Positions 1 to 12,827 of a stretch of 64,000 nt of DNA are shown here, piece after piece. The DNA is from Octopus vulgaris (lineage: Eukaryota). Numbering within the stretch: the first letter of the stretch is position 1; every line of letters begins with the position of its first letter. Under the pieces are notes generated by a model. That model made no database searches. It was given only the letters and a program-made list of their open reading frames with translations, and was not told where the DNA came from. The stretch spans positions 24,490,001 through 24,554,000 of the forward strand of contig OX597828.1 in the NCBI GenBank assembly GCA_951406725.2, read 5' to 3'. Both the position numbers and the translations under genes were made by a program.

Positions 1-2237
1 AGAAAAGGAGTGGAGAGAGCGTGTCTCCCTGGAATATTCCTCTTCTAATGGGGATGTCTTTGGTTTTCATGAGTCCCTCTTTTGTTTGGAGGTGTAGGAC
101 TGTTTGCCATTTATTCATCGAGTGCTCTATGAATTTTATGATTGTTGGTGCTACTTTGTTAATGGCTAGTGTTTCGAGGATCCATGTGTGGGGGATGCTA
201 TCAAACGCCTTTTTGTAGTCAATCCAGGCCATACTGAGGCCTTTCTTCTTTCTGTGGCTGTCTTCAGTTACGGCTTTATTAATCATTAGTTGATCTTTAC
301 AGCCATATGAGCCCTTGCGGCATCCTTTCTGCTCTTCTGGGAACAGTTTGTTTTCGTCCAGGTGCTTGTTCAGCCTTTGCGATATCATTGCAGTAAATGC
401 CTTGAGCATAGTAGGGAGGCAGGTTATTGGTCTGTAGTTTTCTGGTTTTGTTGTTTCATTTGATTTGGGAATTAAGATGGTTTTCCCCTTCGTGAGCCAT
501 TCAGGCATTGTCTCTGGCTCTGCTAGTATGCTGTTAAAGTTTTCAGCCAGCTTTTTGTGCATTCCTGTTAGATATTTCAACCAGAAGTTGGGGATCTTGT
601 CATGCCCAGGTGCCTTCCAGTTGCTTAGTTTTTGCAGTGCCTGGGTGACCTCTTCAGTTGTTATGGGGGTCCAAAGTTGTTCAGATGCCGAGTTTGTTAT
701 TTTCATACTCCTTTTTTTGGCTGTTCGTTCGCCGACCATATTTCTTTCCAGAATTCTTCCAATTCTTCTGCCGTTGGTGCTGCAGTGACTTCTATTTTAT
801 TTTTGCCCAGTTCTTGGTAGAACTTTTTGGGGTCGGAGTTGAACTTTTTGTTCTGTTCAAAGAAGCGTTGGCGTTTCTCGTACCGGCGGATCCTTTGAGC
901 TTTGGCAAGGATATCTTGCTTCAGCTTTTCTTTTATCTCCGGCAAATCTTTTTCTGTGATGTTATATTTGCGGAACATTTTTGTTCTCTTTTTGTTGCTC
1001 AGTAGCGTTGCTTGTTTGCTGATTTCATTAAGAATCGACAGGTCTTTTCTAATTTTTTTAATTTTATTTTGGATGTTATTTATCCAGAGGGTTTGTTTGG
1101 GTGGTGGTACACCTGTTTGGGCGGGTTTGGGTGAGTATCCAGCTTCTTTTGTGGCTGCAGTGGCTGCTGCGTATATCAAGTCATTTAGTTCAGTGATATC
1201 ACTTTTTTTTGTTTCAGTGGCTAGTTCAATGACGGCTAGGTTTATGTTGTTTATAATTGGTGTTGTTATTGCGTTTATTTTTATTCTTGGGAGGTATGGT
1301 CGGTGGTCCATTTTGAGCTCTGTGGTTTTTAGTTCTTTGATTATTTTATTTTTTATATTATCATAATCATTAGGCTCCCCTTCGTTGTTTACATCGTGTT
1401 TGTTGGGAATGTTGCGTTTGTCTTCGTGTTTTACAGTTTCAGTGTTTATATTATTGGGCATTGTTGTGTGGCTTCTATCTACATTTTCCTGGTGTATTTT
1501 TTCTTCCAAATGTTCTATTTCTATTTCTGATATTTTTTTGGCTTTGAGAATGTATCTTCGTACGTTAGCTAATTTATTAGGGTTCATTGCTGTATCCAAG
1601 TCTATATCTCTATTATTTTCCTTCCATATTTTATATGTATGTGTTGTTGTATTTTCATTTTGTGGGTAGAGCATTGCTGTGAAGTATGCGTGTAAGATAG
1701 AAATGTATTCCTCACGTGTCCATTTACGTCTTTTGGGTTTTAATTGCGGGACATGAGGTACAACGTCCGGCCCATTATTTTGACGGTCGTCATTTTCGTA
1801 GGGTACCGGTCCGTTTATTTCTGTTGTCACATTATTTCGCACGTGTAGTTTTTCGTACATTTTTTGTTGTAGGTTTAATGTACGTACCGTTCGATTGTTA
1901 TTCTTGGGTTGAATAGTATCGGTGGCATTTAATTTCTTCGTAGTTCCTTTGTACATGGTGTTTGAGGTCGGGGATGATCGTGTTGTTCCACGCATGTTTA
2001 CATGTGTTGTGTTAGAGGTGGAGATAATATCGAGTCAAAATACATCATTTCGTTTCGAAAATAGTAATAAATTTCAATTCGTATTACTTACTCGGATATA
2101 GTCCAATTCTTTGTTAGTAAATCTTTGGCTCCATAGGGTGTCCTTGTTTTCGATGTTTGTGGATAGATTTTGGAGCTCTGTATTTTCCTTCTTACATCTT
2201 AAACGTCCCCGGTGTCTTCCCGTCCCCGGTGTCTTCC
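1..2237 (-). mobile_element. R4/Dong-like non-LTR retrotransposon (RLE clade): 5' UTR, N-terminal region and start of RT; runs off the window start
   Basis: The minus strand encodes RT motifs WIDYKKAFDSIPH (~190-230), GIFQGDTLSPLLF (~2-40) and NWKAPGHDKIPNFWLK (~575-625). The upstream ORF 703-1995 has a Myb-like KRRKWTREE motif. The 5' end abuts (TAA)n. Confidence 0.9.
703..1995 (-). CDS. N-terminal part of the R4/Dong-like polyprotein (430 aa), frameshifted relative to the RT frame
   Basis: Long non-repetitive ORF ending ...FNSDPKKFYQEL...EEFWKEIWS, typical of the pre-RT region. The RT continues in the -1 frame from ~710 to the window start. Confidence 0.8.
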   Translation of the reverse strand: MRGTTRSSPTSNTMYKGTTKKLNATDTIQPKNNNRTVRTLNLQQKMYEKLHVRNNVTTEINGPVPYENDDRQNNGPDVVPHVPQLKPKRRKWTREEYISILHAYFTAMLYPQNENTTTHTYKIWKENNRDIDLDTAMNPNKLANVRRYILKAKKISEIEIEHLEEKIHQENVDRSHTTMPNNINTETVKHEDKRNIPNKHDVNNEGEPNDYDNIKNKIIKELKTTELKMDHRPYLPRIKINAITTPIINNINLAVIELATETKKSDITELNDLIYAAATAATKEAGYSPKPAQTGVPPPKQTLWINNIQNKIKKIRKDLSILNEISKQATLLSNKKRTKMFRKYNITEKDLPEIKEKLKQDILAKAQRIRRYEKRQRFFEQNKKFNSDPKKFYQELGKNKIEVTAAPTAEELEEFWKEIWSANEQPKKGV

Positions 2238-2255
2238 TTATTATTATTATTATTA

Positions 2256-2292
<37 letters not shown>

Positions 2293-2297
2293 CATCA

Positions 2298-2332
<35 letters not shown>
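2238..2332. repeat. (TTA)n/(TAA)n microsatellite, probable target of the R4/Dong element
   Basis: Direct reading. Confidence 0.95.
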
Positions 2333-2333
<1 letters not shown>

Positions 2334-2640
2334 GAGTCGTCGGGGTTGAAGAATCGTTGACACACCAGGGAAAAAATGCTTGGCGGCATTTCATCTGTCT
2401 TTATGTTCTGAGTTCAAATTCCGCCGAGATCGGCTTTTGCCTTTCACTCTTCCGGGATCAATAAAGTACGTACCAGTTATGCATTAGGGTCGATGTAATC
2501 GACTTAGCCCCTTAGTGTTGGATTGTTAACGCTCCTGTAAAGTAGCAGTTGATCAAATAAGCACTGCGGTGGATTTGTTCGCCTAAACCGCTCAAAGTCG
2601 TGCTCCAGTTTGACCGCAGTCCAGAGATTGAAACAAGTAT
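2333..2640 (+). mobile_element. tRNA-derived SINE (here called family A)
   Basis: B-box-like gagttcaaattcc and central ...tttgcctttcactcttccgggatcaataaa...taccag, shared with many copies in the window. Confidence 0.8.
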
Positions 2641-3158
2641 ATGAATATACGACATCATAGAGAATGCTAAAAACATCGTTATGTCAATGTTGAGATTACA
2701 TCTCCGATTCCCTTCCATAGTTAAGTTTGTTAAAAGCGTAATGGGAATTTGCTTCATTATCTTCACAATTTTTATCATAACCTTCGTTTTCGTTTCAAAA
2801 TAAATGTATTTAATATTGCATAACATCTTCGAAAATATGTCCTAGCAAGGAGAATAATATTATAGAGATTTATTATCGAGGCTGAGCTGCACACATTTGA
2901 AGGTTGGTTAAGCCAGCCTGGCCTCTGCTGTCTGCTGTTACGGATATTGGAGTCGATGTAGTTGAGTGTCTCAGCTTCTCTCTCCAATAGATTGTGGACT
3001 TCAGTTTAAATGAGAAATTAATCTGAGGAGACTAAACAATTTAAGATTGCAGTAAATGCTTCGGCATTCATTGAACTCAATATTATTCAATATTATTCTG
3101 TGAATATATTGTACATGTATTTGAATGTATACATACATATATACATATAAATATATGC

Positions 3159-3258
<100 letters not shown>

Positions 3259-4064
3259 GATATATATATACACATATATATACACAAGAATGTGTGCATT
3301 GTAAAGTGTGTGTGTACATATGTATGTGTGTATGTGGGCTGGTATTATGTGAGTGTGTGCATGTGTTCGTGTGTGTACATGTGCTAGTGGGCTAATACAT
3401 GTATGTTGTTGTGTAAGTACGAATATATATTTGTGTGTGTGTGTGTGTGTGTGTCTACGTGTGTCTACGTGTGTCTAGATGTATGTATGTAAGTACGGTT
3501 GTCCCTGTATTTGTGTATGTATGTATGCATGTATGTATGTATGTATGTATGTATGTATGTATGTATTTGTGTGTGTATGTCTCTGTGTCAAAATATCGCA
3601 GACATAATGGCTCCGTTAGAAATCGTCTCATCTCATCAAATCCATTTACTTCTTAATTAAATTCCGAGGAAATGAATGCTCTTTATACAATTATGGGTCG
3701 TAGATTTACCTCAGGGTACTGACCGTCTGTCGAGACATTCAACCAATCTCTTTATGTGGGCGTGTGGACATGCCTGATTCTGTATATGTGTGCGTGAGTA
3801 TTGTGTATGTATGTATTCTGTGTGTGTTTGTGGTGTGTGTGTCATTTTACTGGTGTCAGTGCAAAGTAGGTCTGCGATGTGTGAGTGAGTTTATGCATAG
3901 GCCTATATGTATGCAAGTAGCCTTATCACTTATGTAAGGAAACGTACACGCACCTATATATATGTGCACAAACACAGCCGCATACACACAAACACATACA
4001 CACTCATACACGCATATACACACACACACGCACACATATATACACAAATATGCTTATATGTGTT

Positions 4065-4115
<51 letters not shown>

Positions 4116-4117
4116 TA

Positions 4118-4671
4118 CAAGCAAAATTCCCCCCGTCTAATGGACGGTGCTGAATCATATCTGCTGAACAAAAAGCAATCAGTGTTTTCTTTTCATTAAA
4201 AAATAATTAAGCATGCCTTTATTTCAATAAAATTTTTGGTTTTTTTAAACGAAGTTAAGGCAAAAAAAAAAACTTCTTGAGAAACCAAATAATCTCTTCT
4301 TCCTTCATGCCAAGTTTGAACAAAATATCTCTTTTGGATTTTACTTTTTTGGTCTCTTAAATATACTGCATTTTGTGGCGTTATTTCAAGCCAGACGGCT
4401 TATTTTACGCAAACTGCACGTGCATTTTTGCGCGCATGCGTAGTATCGATTGCAACAGCTGATGTACTTGCACCTACAAATGCACGTTCCCGCGGCTTTA
4501 TCCATCGCATTCTCACCTGGAATCGATTTTTGTAATTTTTCTAAGACTTGTACACGCCCTGATACCGTCGGTATCTACATTTCAAATTTGAGCGCCATCG
4601 GATGGAGGATGCCCGAGATCCTAGAAGACACACACACACACAGACAGACAGAACGTATTTTATATAATAGA
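4118..4671 (-). mobile_element. Non-autonomous Helitron
   Basis: The minus strand begins A|TCTATTATATAAAA followed by (CTGT)n/(GT)n. It ends with hairpin CCGTC-catta-GACGG about 12 nt before CTTG|T. Inserted between A and T without a TSD. Confidence 0.75.
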
Positions 4672-5045
4672 TATATAAATGGAACAAAAACACAATAGAG
4701 GGCAAAAACGCAACATTCGGACAGATAGACGATACAAAGGCGGACAATAGAAACAATAAGAAGGACAGGCTAACTGAGCCCCCCCCCCCCCCCCCCCACC
4801 GCCCAGAAGCCAAGCCGCAGATGTCACGACCATCTCGGGCAGCCACACCCGAGGCGGCCCGACCCGGCCGCCCGCAAAAAAGTCCAAGCCAAGAGCACCA
4901 GTTCCCCCCTGTAAGAAAGCCTGCGAACGCGCACGGTAACAAAGACACAAAAAAAGAAACAGATATAAATGTGTGTGTGTGTGTGTATGTACTAACCTAC
5001 ACACGCAGATATGTATGTACGTATGGATAGATGTAGACGCATGTA

Positions 5046-5458
5046 GACGAACGACTTCCCAAACAGATCTTCTACTCCCAACTCAAAGACGGCAAGCGTA
5101 CAAAAGGAGGCCAGAATAAACGCTACAAGGACTCCCTGAAAACGAACCTCAAAAAGTGTGACATCGACTTCACTAACTGGGAGGAAACGGCAAAAAACAG
5201 ACCACTCTGGAAAACCACCATCCATGAGGGAACGGCGAATTTCGAGTCGAAAAGGTCTGCAGAGCTGGAGGAGAAAAGACGACGACGGAAGGAGCGCCAA
5301 CAACAACCACGTGCGACTCTTCCTTCCGGCACTAGATGTCCGCACTGTGACCGATCTTTTCGAGCAAGAATTGGTCTTATCAGTCACCTGCGGACTCACC
5401 AATAAATTTGCGCGAAGACCATCATCCTCGACCTTGAGGGATTGCCATAGTCGTAGTA
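5046..5458 (+). mobile_element. 5'-truncated RTE-clade LINE with open C-terminal frame (C2H2 zinc finger) and 13-bp TSD
   Basis: 5046-5405 translates without stops: DERLPKQIFYSQL...KRYKDSLK...WEETAKNRPLW...CPHCDRSFRARIGLISHLRTHQ*. It has a (TAG)n-like tail, and TSD gtagacgcatgta at 5033-5045 and 5459-5471. Confidence 0.9.
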
Positions 5459-7454
5459 GTAGACGCATGTAAACGTCGTTACCCGAATACTGATCTAGTT
5501 ACTGTTTATAAAAATATACAGTAAATGCAAACGAATACAGTATTTCACATTTTCATATTATTCAGTTTGGAGACTCACAAACCTGCGTCGTATTCCCCCT
5601 CACATATCCGTCATTCCATTTTCCATCCAACAACTATCGTTCGGCTTGGGTAGAAATGTCTCCTCTGTCTCACACAGCTCTCCGTAAGGCGATTATAAAG
5701 CTAGACAGACGATACCAGTGATTTCGTGTGGCTAATCTTTCTTCGTTTTGTTTTGCAGTTATTACTCTGGGATTACGTGCAGTGTCTTATGCATTTTCTA
5801 TTAACATGTTTGGCAACCTACAAAATGCTGGATTTTTTGTCACACCCTATATATAAAATAATGATAGAATTATTGATACATCTATTAATTTAATAACATC
5901 TAGCCTTTCTATAATTTGATGCAGAAAATTCTCCCATGTTTTACATAACTATCGGTGTGATGCTTGCCAAGTTAGGCAGAAGGTAATGGCATGTTCTTGT
6001 AGATAATATTTCATTGTATTAAAGCGTTGAACTGGCAGAATCTTCAGCAGGCCTTATACCAAAGTTTAAAACCAATATTTCCTCGTATTTCTTCTGTTAC
6101 CATTATGGCTTGCATATGTACACAGCGTGCATTTATCGTTGAAACGTTTATTAAAATTAATCCGTTGTTTTTTTGAGTGTTTTTGTCACACACTGAACTT
6201 GGCCTGTTAGATAACTATACTGATACTCTTAATTTCGAATTTTCATTCATTAAATATCATTGGACAATGAACATATCCTAGTGATTAACTGCGTTATTTC
6301 CATCAATTTTCTAATATATGTTCTTTTTTTTCTTACAACCCAATTTGTGTCAGGTATTGTGCACACATCCTATAATAAGACAACGTAGAAACCTGTCTCA
6401 AATTAAGGAATATCTTTATAAGGGGACGTGACATATCTAGGATACTATAGTCCTGCATGAATTAGCCTTTTAATGAAGAAGACATGATCATGAATTCAAC
6501 GAACTTCATCAGAAATCTTCTCCTTAAAGGCCAACCTGGAGTTATGCCAAAATACCTGAGAATGATCAGAGATTAAGCCTCGAGAACTTCATTGTCAATG
6601 TAAATAACGTCATTATAGACTCAAAAGATGAGGTTAATTAGCGAAAAACATATATTAATTTATGATAATTTATAATTTAATCTCTTAATGTTCAGTGTTC
6701 AATTGCAGTAAACTGGTTTGACTACCGTCATGTACTGAGCTTGAAATATTCAGTTATGGCTATACCAAAATATGTGGCCATCAGCTTGTTTTAGAAAGCG
6801 CATTATCATATATAGTTTCCAATTTTAGAAAGTGTATTATCATTTATGGTTTCCGAGATACACCACGAATACATCTTTCAAAAGAGTGTGCACAAACATT
6901 CAATGTTAATAAATTATTTTTGAAAATGTTCTGAAACTAGATATATGAAGCAAAAAGTTAAATTAAACAAGAACGGAGATGCATTAGCACTGATGTAATT
7001 CTAAACCAGGTATCTAGTACTTTCCCTGATGCTGTGTTATAATTACACTAAAGAAATCATCCACAATGATCCTCAAATCAAAAAGAGAAAGTCAGAGTTT
7101 ATCTCCATTTGCTAATGTATACCATAGTTATTTTTGACTCGACGTAATCGAACACATAACGTCTGTCCGAAACGTCAGCAAGATTGAAACAAGAATACTA
7201 CAGCGAAGCTGAATGATAATGGTGTCAGGCGTGGCATGCAGAGCATCATATAACTCTCTTCCATTTTATTCTAACATGCGTATTGCGTTTTTATTCTTTT
7301 CCGCTTTATGAATTCAGTGTGCACGTGCGCATTGGGTGTTCATATTTGTCTTGCCTGTTCCAACACAAAACTGTTTATAGATCACAACTATCTCACGAAC
7401 GTGCGTTCGTGAGGAGCGCTTCACATTCCGATGATTCTGAAATAATCCTTTCTT

Positions 7455-7651
7455 CTACAGGCACAAGGCCTGAAACTTGGAGGAGGGGGAGGATGAGTCG
7501 ATTATGTTGACCCCAGTATTCAACTGGTACTTAATTTATCGTTCCCGAAAGGATGAAGGGTAAAGTCGACCTCGGCCGAATTTGAACGAAGGGGGAAATA
7601 CCGCTAAGCATTTCGTCCAGCATGCTAACAATTCTGCCACCACGCCGCCTT
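7455..7651 (-). mobile_element. SINE family A
   Basis: Reverse complement of aggcggcg...gcagaattgttagcatgctggacgaaatgcttagcggtatt...gtcgactttacccttcatcctttcgg. Confidence 0.85.
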
Positions 7652-8101
7652 GGTTGTGAAACAATGTCGACAAACAAAGAATTTTTCATTTTTTAAATCT
7701 CACTGCAGAGTATGGGTGACTTTATACATTAAAACGTCTGAAATAAATGCGTTTATCCACATACAAGTCTAAAAGATTTGTAAGTGTACTCAGGGCCTTC
7801 TGTGGCTTTCCAAAGAAAAAATATACATACATGTACGCATATATACACCCAAACACACACGTATATATGTATATACGTAGACACGTAAATTTATTTTTCA
7901 CATTAGTAGAAATATAAACGCGAGTTTAAAATATACTTTGAGCATCTCACAAGATCTATTTACAGTTACTTAACCTCGAGACAAATACAGCTAAAGTTTA
8001 GATCACTCTATCTAGCACTATATTTGAAAGACATGAACTTGTGAAAGCGGTTAACTGAACATAATACACCATTTTAAAAATTTCAAGTGCACTTCAACTA
8101 T

Positions 8102-8189
<88 letters not shown>

Positions 8190-8305
8190 TTATATGCATA
8201 TATATATACATATGTATTTATGTTTGCATATATGCATATATCTATATCTGTCTATCTGTCTATCAATCTATCTATCTATCTACCACCTATCTATATATCT
8301 ATTTA

Positions 8306-8369
<64 letters not shown>

Positions 8370-8417
8370 CATACATACATACATATATATATATATGTAT
8401 ATTTTTATGTATATATG

Positions 8418-8450
<33 letters not shown>

Positions 8451-9420
8451 GTATGTATGTATGCATGTATGTATGTATGTATAAAACTATACATACATAT
8501 ACATTATATGCCAGATACACCGATATCGCTAATATTAGAAAAGGCAAATCTATTAAAGACAGCTTGTAAGACCGAACGCTCCCTTAGCTAAAGTTTGATA
8601 AAACGAGTAAGATTTTCATGTAAATTGAGAACAAAATCGCATCAATAGAATGTGAGGTTAAGCTCGGTTGCCGAACACTTGAAATTGTCGACATAGTACG
8701 GAGGTATATGTTCTCAAAGAATTTGTCAAAAAGCATTTTTGTTTTGCATAGTGATTGTACTGTCTTCCTTTACAACGCTTTGTAAATGATGATTATGATG
8801 TACATGTCTGTGTGTGAGTTTTAGTATGAATGAGGGCCTGTGCCTGCGTGCGTGTTTATTTGTTTATATATGTATAAGTTTGGAAACAAAGTTGTGTCTG
8901 GTTTTCTCTCCGAGGAGGCGTTGTTCTCACAAGATAACGCAAAACATTTGCCAAGTCGTACCCACACACACACACACACGCACATACACACATACACACA
9001 CACATATATGCACAAATATATAAATATGTATGCACAAATATATAAATATACATATGTTTATACATCCATATCTGTTAATGGTTATATTAAAGATTTTTTT
9101 TTTCGCTGTATAGCGCGTTCGTTTCTTTTTTGCATGTGGTATCTCATTGATATATAAAAGAAAGCCATATCCTTTAATTTGCTGCTTTTCTTTACACGGA
9201 TTGAGAAGATATATTGCGGAATTATTATTTAAAGGAGATCTATCTGTTTATCACCTGAAGAGACACATCTGCACCGTCGGATGCACTTGAACCTGTTGTT
9301 TTTTTTTTCATCTGTGAGGGATTGATGCCAGATCGGTTGAACCTAATACATAACGAAAACTGTGAAAGTGACCGTGCTTTACTAGTAAGCTACCAGGTGT
9401 AAACCATTCGTTTTATTATC

Positions 9421-9446
9421 TAATAATAATAATAATGATAATCATG

Positions 9447-9531
<85 letters not shown>

Positions 9532-9535
9532 TAAT
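9421..9535. repeat. (TAA)n microsatellite
   Basis: Direct reading. Confidence 0.95.
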
Positions 9536-9540
9536 ATATA

Positions 9541-9895
9541 GACGTAGGAGTGGCTGTGTAGTAAGAAGGTTGCTTCCCAACCACATGATTCCGGGTTCAG
9601 TCCTACCGCATGGCACCTTGGGCAAGTGTCTTCTGCTATAGCCTCGGGCTGACCAAAGCTTTGTGAGTGGATTTGGTAGACGGAAACTGAAAGAAGCCTG
9701 TCTGTGTTTGTCCACCCACCATCGCTTCACAACCGATGCTGATATGTCTACGCCCCCGTCACTTAACGGTTCGACAAAAAGAAACCGATAGAAGAAGTAC
9801 TAGGCTTACAAAGAATAAGTCCTGGGGTCGATTTGTTCCACAAAAGACAGTACTCCAACATGGTCACAGTCAAATGACTGAAACAAGTAAAAGAA
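9541..9895 (+). mobile_element. tRNA-derived CORE-type SINE (family B), full length
   Basis: tRNA-like head (ggagtggctgtgtagtaag...ccgggttcagtcc), CORE-like tggcaccttgggcaagtgtctt, and 3' tail cagtcaaatgactgaaacaagtaaaag. Confidence 0.85.
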
Positions 9896-9919
9896 CATAT
9901 TTTATCATATAATATATAT

Positions 9920-9952
<33 letters not shown>

Positions 9953-10099
9953 CATACATACACACTCACACACACACACGCACACACAAACACACGCGCG
10001 CACACAAACACACAAATATTCAAGGAATTTAGACCAAAGTGTAAAATATTCTGTTTATTATATATACGTATAGTTATGTTCATTTACATACGTATGTAT

Positions 10100-10958
10100 A
10101 AATATTGTGTTGGGTTAAAAGCTTTGCAATATTTTGGTAACGTATTTGCTTCAAAGTAGAAGCCACTGTGTCCCACTGTCTGAACCCACCTTTCTGCTAG
10201 TCCTTTAATCCCATGCATATACCAATTCTTGTCCCTCGAGGCGAAGAAATCCTTCACTGAAACATCCACCTCTTCTTGCTTGGTGAAGAATCGAGAGCGC
10301 AGTGAGACGTGCATTGCAACGCGCAATAATCCGAGGTCGATCGGTCTGGACTGTATGGTGGGTGTGGCATCAATTTGGTTCCTTCAAGTTCCTGGAGTTT
10401 ATTTCCAGGTCATTCAAACAATATGAGATCTTCTGCAGAGAAGCTTACTTTCTGTAAACCAATATGTATTTTTGCTGCAGAATGGCACACATCCACTCCA
10501 GCAGTTCATAGAATAATTTGGAATCGATTATCCAACTGTTCAGAAGGAGCCCGTTGTGAATTATCCCTTCACAATTCCACCAGATGGAGAGTACCATCCT
10601 CTGTTCGAAACGCCCATTTTTACCGATGTTTTCCAGAAGCTGACCTTTGTTTAGCCACTGTCATTGCACGTTAAGGTAGCGGAAAAGTATCTCACTCGGA
10701 TTATTGTTCCGATTCATGGCACGCGAACTTCATCAAACAAGCAGTGATGGAAGCTTCTGTGAAAAGGCCGTTTGCATCGAAGGCAAATAAAGCTATCAAG
10801 TTACCAAAATATTGCAATACTTTATACTCAAAACACTAGCAGAAAGCTGGCTTCAAACGTTAGGAAATGATGGCCTCTATTCTAAATAATAGGCTGCTTT
10901 CTTTGCAACTTGACAAATAAAGCTATCAAGTTACCAAAATATTGCAATACTTTATACT

Positions 10959-10963
<5 letters not shown>
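10100..10963 (-). mobile_element. Decayed mariner transposon with a duplicated terminal segment
   Basis: The minus strand encodes HPPYSPDR-SDY and FFASRDKNWYMHGIKGLAERWVQTVGHSGFYF. TIR-like ttgcaatattttggtaac at ~10123 is mirrored at ~10800 and ~10930. A plus-strand 3' copy (LAESWLQTLGNDGLYS*) lies at 10837-10890. Confidence 0.8.
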
Positions 10964-11048
<85 letters not shown>

Positions 11049-11334
11049 TATGTGTGTGCTTGTGTGTGTGTATAATATGATATAATAGTATAAGTATTCC
11101 CTTTGCAAATACTGACAGGACACAGAAAGTGTGTCTACGGCCAGCTGGAGGAGTGTGTCCTCCTGGGGCTAAAAACTACAGTAGCATCCACCCTTAGGGG
11201 TTAGCCATATTGAAATGGCAAAAATACGTCACGATGTGTTACCGCTACTGTATATAACTCACTTTGATATTTATATGTGTGTGTGTGTGTATAATATGAT
11301 ATAATATAAAATATATATATACATATATATACAT

Positions 11335-11376
<42 letters not shown>

Positions 11377-11410
11377 AACACATACACATACATATAGAGT
11401 AAGAGTGAGA

Positions 11411-11473
<63 letters not shown>

Positions 11474-11611
11474 AATATATTATATATATATACACACACA
11501 CATAGATATAGGGACAGAGTGAGAATATGTTATATATATGTTATGTGTGTGTCTGCTTGTGTGTGTGTGCATATGTGGGTATGTCTGTGTGTTTGTGTGT
11601 GTGTGTATGTA

Positions 11612-11643
<32 letters not shown>

Positions 11644-12241
11644 GGCGCATCAGTGTGTTTATCAGCGTTGAATCTTTGCTTCTCAGCTTGTGTCCTGCAG
11701 TTCATAGGGCAGTGTTTGGCAATGTAAATCATGTGAATCACATACCAATTACCAGTACCTCCGGAGTGTGAAATGTGCGAATCCTACAACTGTGTGTGAG
11801 TGTGCGTGTGTGGATACATAACTTCATATAGCCCCGAGCAAGTTCACTTCTATCATCATAGTTATCTTGCCCTATATTCATTATGTGTAGACAACATTTA
11901 CCTTCAGAGGACGATGTGGTAGTAGTTGCCGTGATGATGGTGGTGGTGTTGGTAGTGGTGATGATGGGGGTGTTGATGCTGGTAGTGGTGGTGGTGGTGG
12001 TGGTGGTGGCTTTTCTGTATTCCTTCGAGTTATTAATGTTTTAATTATATTCTGAAAATTAAATAGTATAAACCTAACCTACAGAATATATGTGTATCAT
12101 ATATCTATGTGTATATATATCTATATATATATACACACATATATAAAAGTGGTCGTGTGTGTGTAAATATATGTATATCTATCTATATCTATCTATATAT
12201 ATACACATATTTATATATATATGCATATATATATGTATATA

Positions 12242-12272
<31 letters not shown>

Positions 12273-12735
12273 GCATTTATATATATATATATATATATAT
12301 GCATTTATATATATATATACTAATATATCTATCTATCTATCTATCTAAGGAATAGCTATATCTCTTTGACTGCTATTTCTAAATTCGGTGTGTTGGTGAG
12401 GCAATTCGTTGCTAAACCCTTAATTACTTAGTATTACTTAAATTTTCCTCGAATGGGGCTTTTACATGCCGAAATCTACTTGGTGTAATTGATAATTATC
12501 CCTAATTAATTAATTTCACCCTTTATTATTACTGATAACCATATTTTATCCCAGTAAATGACCGCAGCATTTTGTCTTGGCTACACGCGGGTGGAAGGGG
12601 GCTGGTGACACAAACTTTCATTCAAACTTTGAATTTCGTGGTACTGGTCATGCTTTGGCTCGCTCTGACACTGAGTTGAGATGATGCATTCTAGTATCTC
12701 AAAATTTAATATACAATTATTCATAATTGTAGTAT

Positions 12736-12827
12736 CCTGCGCCGATGAGAGAAGAAGTTTGAGTAAAGTAGAATTTTCTAATTCTTATGCTATCCTAAAA
12801 CTTGATCTCGAAACGTACGTCCGTAGG
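12736..12827 (+). ncRNA. Minimal type I hammerhead ribozyme, copy 1
   Basis: Stem I cctgcg/cgtagg; core CCGATGA; long stem II gaga...tctc; GAAA; palindromic C-GTAC-G stem III; GUC cleavage triplet (after 12821). Confidence 0.8.

Noticed and set aside
2874-3023. Possible short minus-strand exon ([16 protein letters not shown]...)
   Set aside because: Only an acceptor-like motif and a 49-codon frame, compatible with chance.
8905-8960. Degenerate hammerhead-like hairpin (ccgagga-g-gcgttgt...ataacgc-aaaa-catttg)
   Set aside because: Multiple core mismatches; too decayed to call.
9250-9410. CTGAAGA possible hammerhead core
   Set aside because: No matching stem II closure with GAAA and cleavage triplet could be found.
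9541-9615. tRNA gene-like sequences (also at other SINE heads)
   Set aside because: They are SINE heads continuing into SINE bodies; no intact cloverleaf could be supported.
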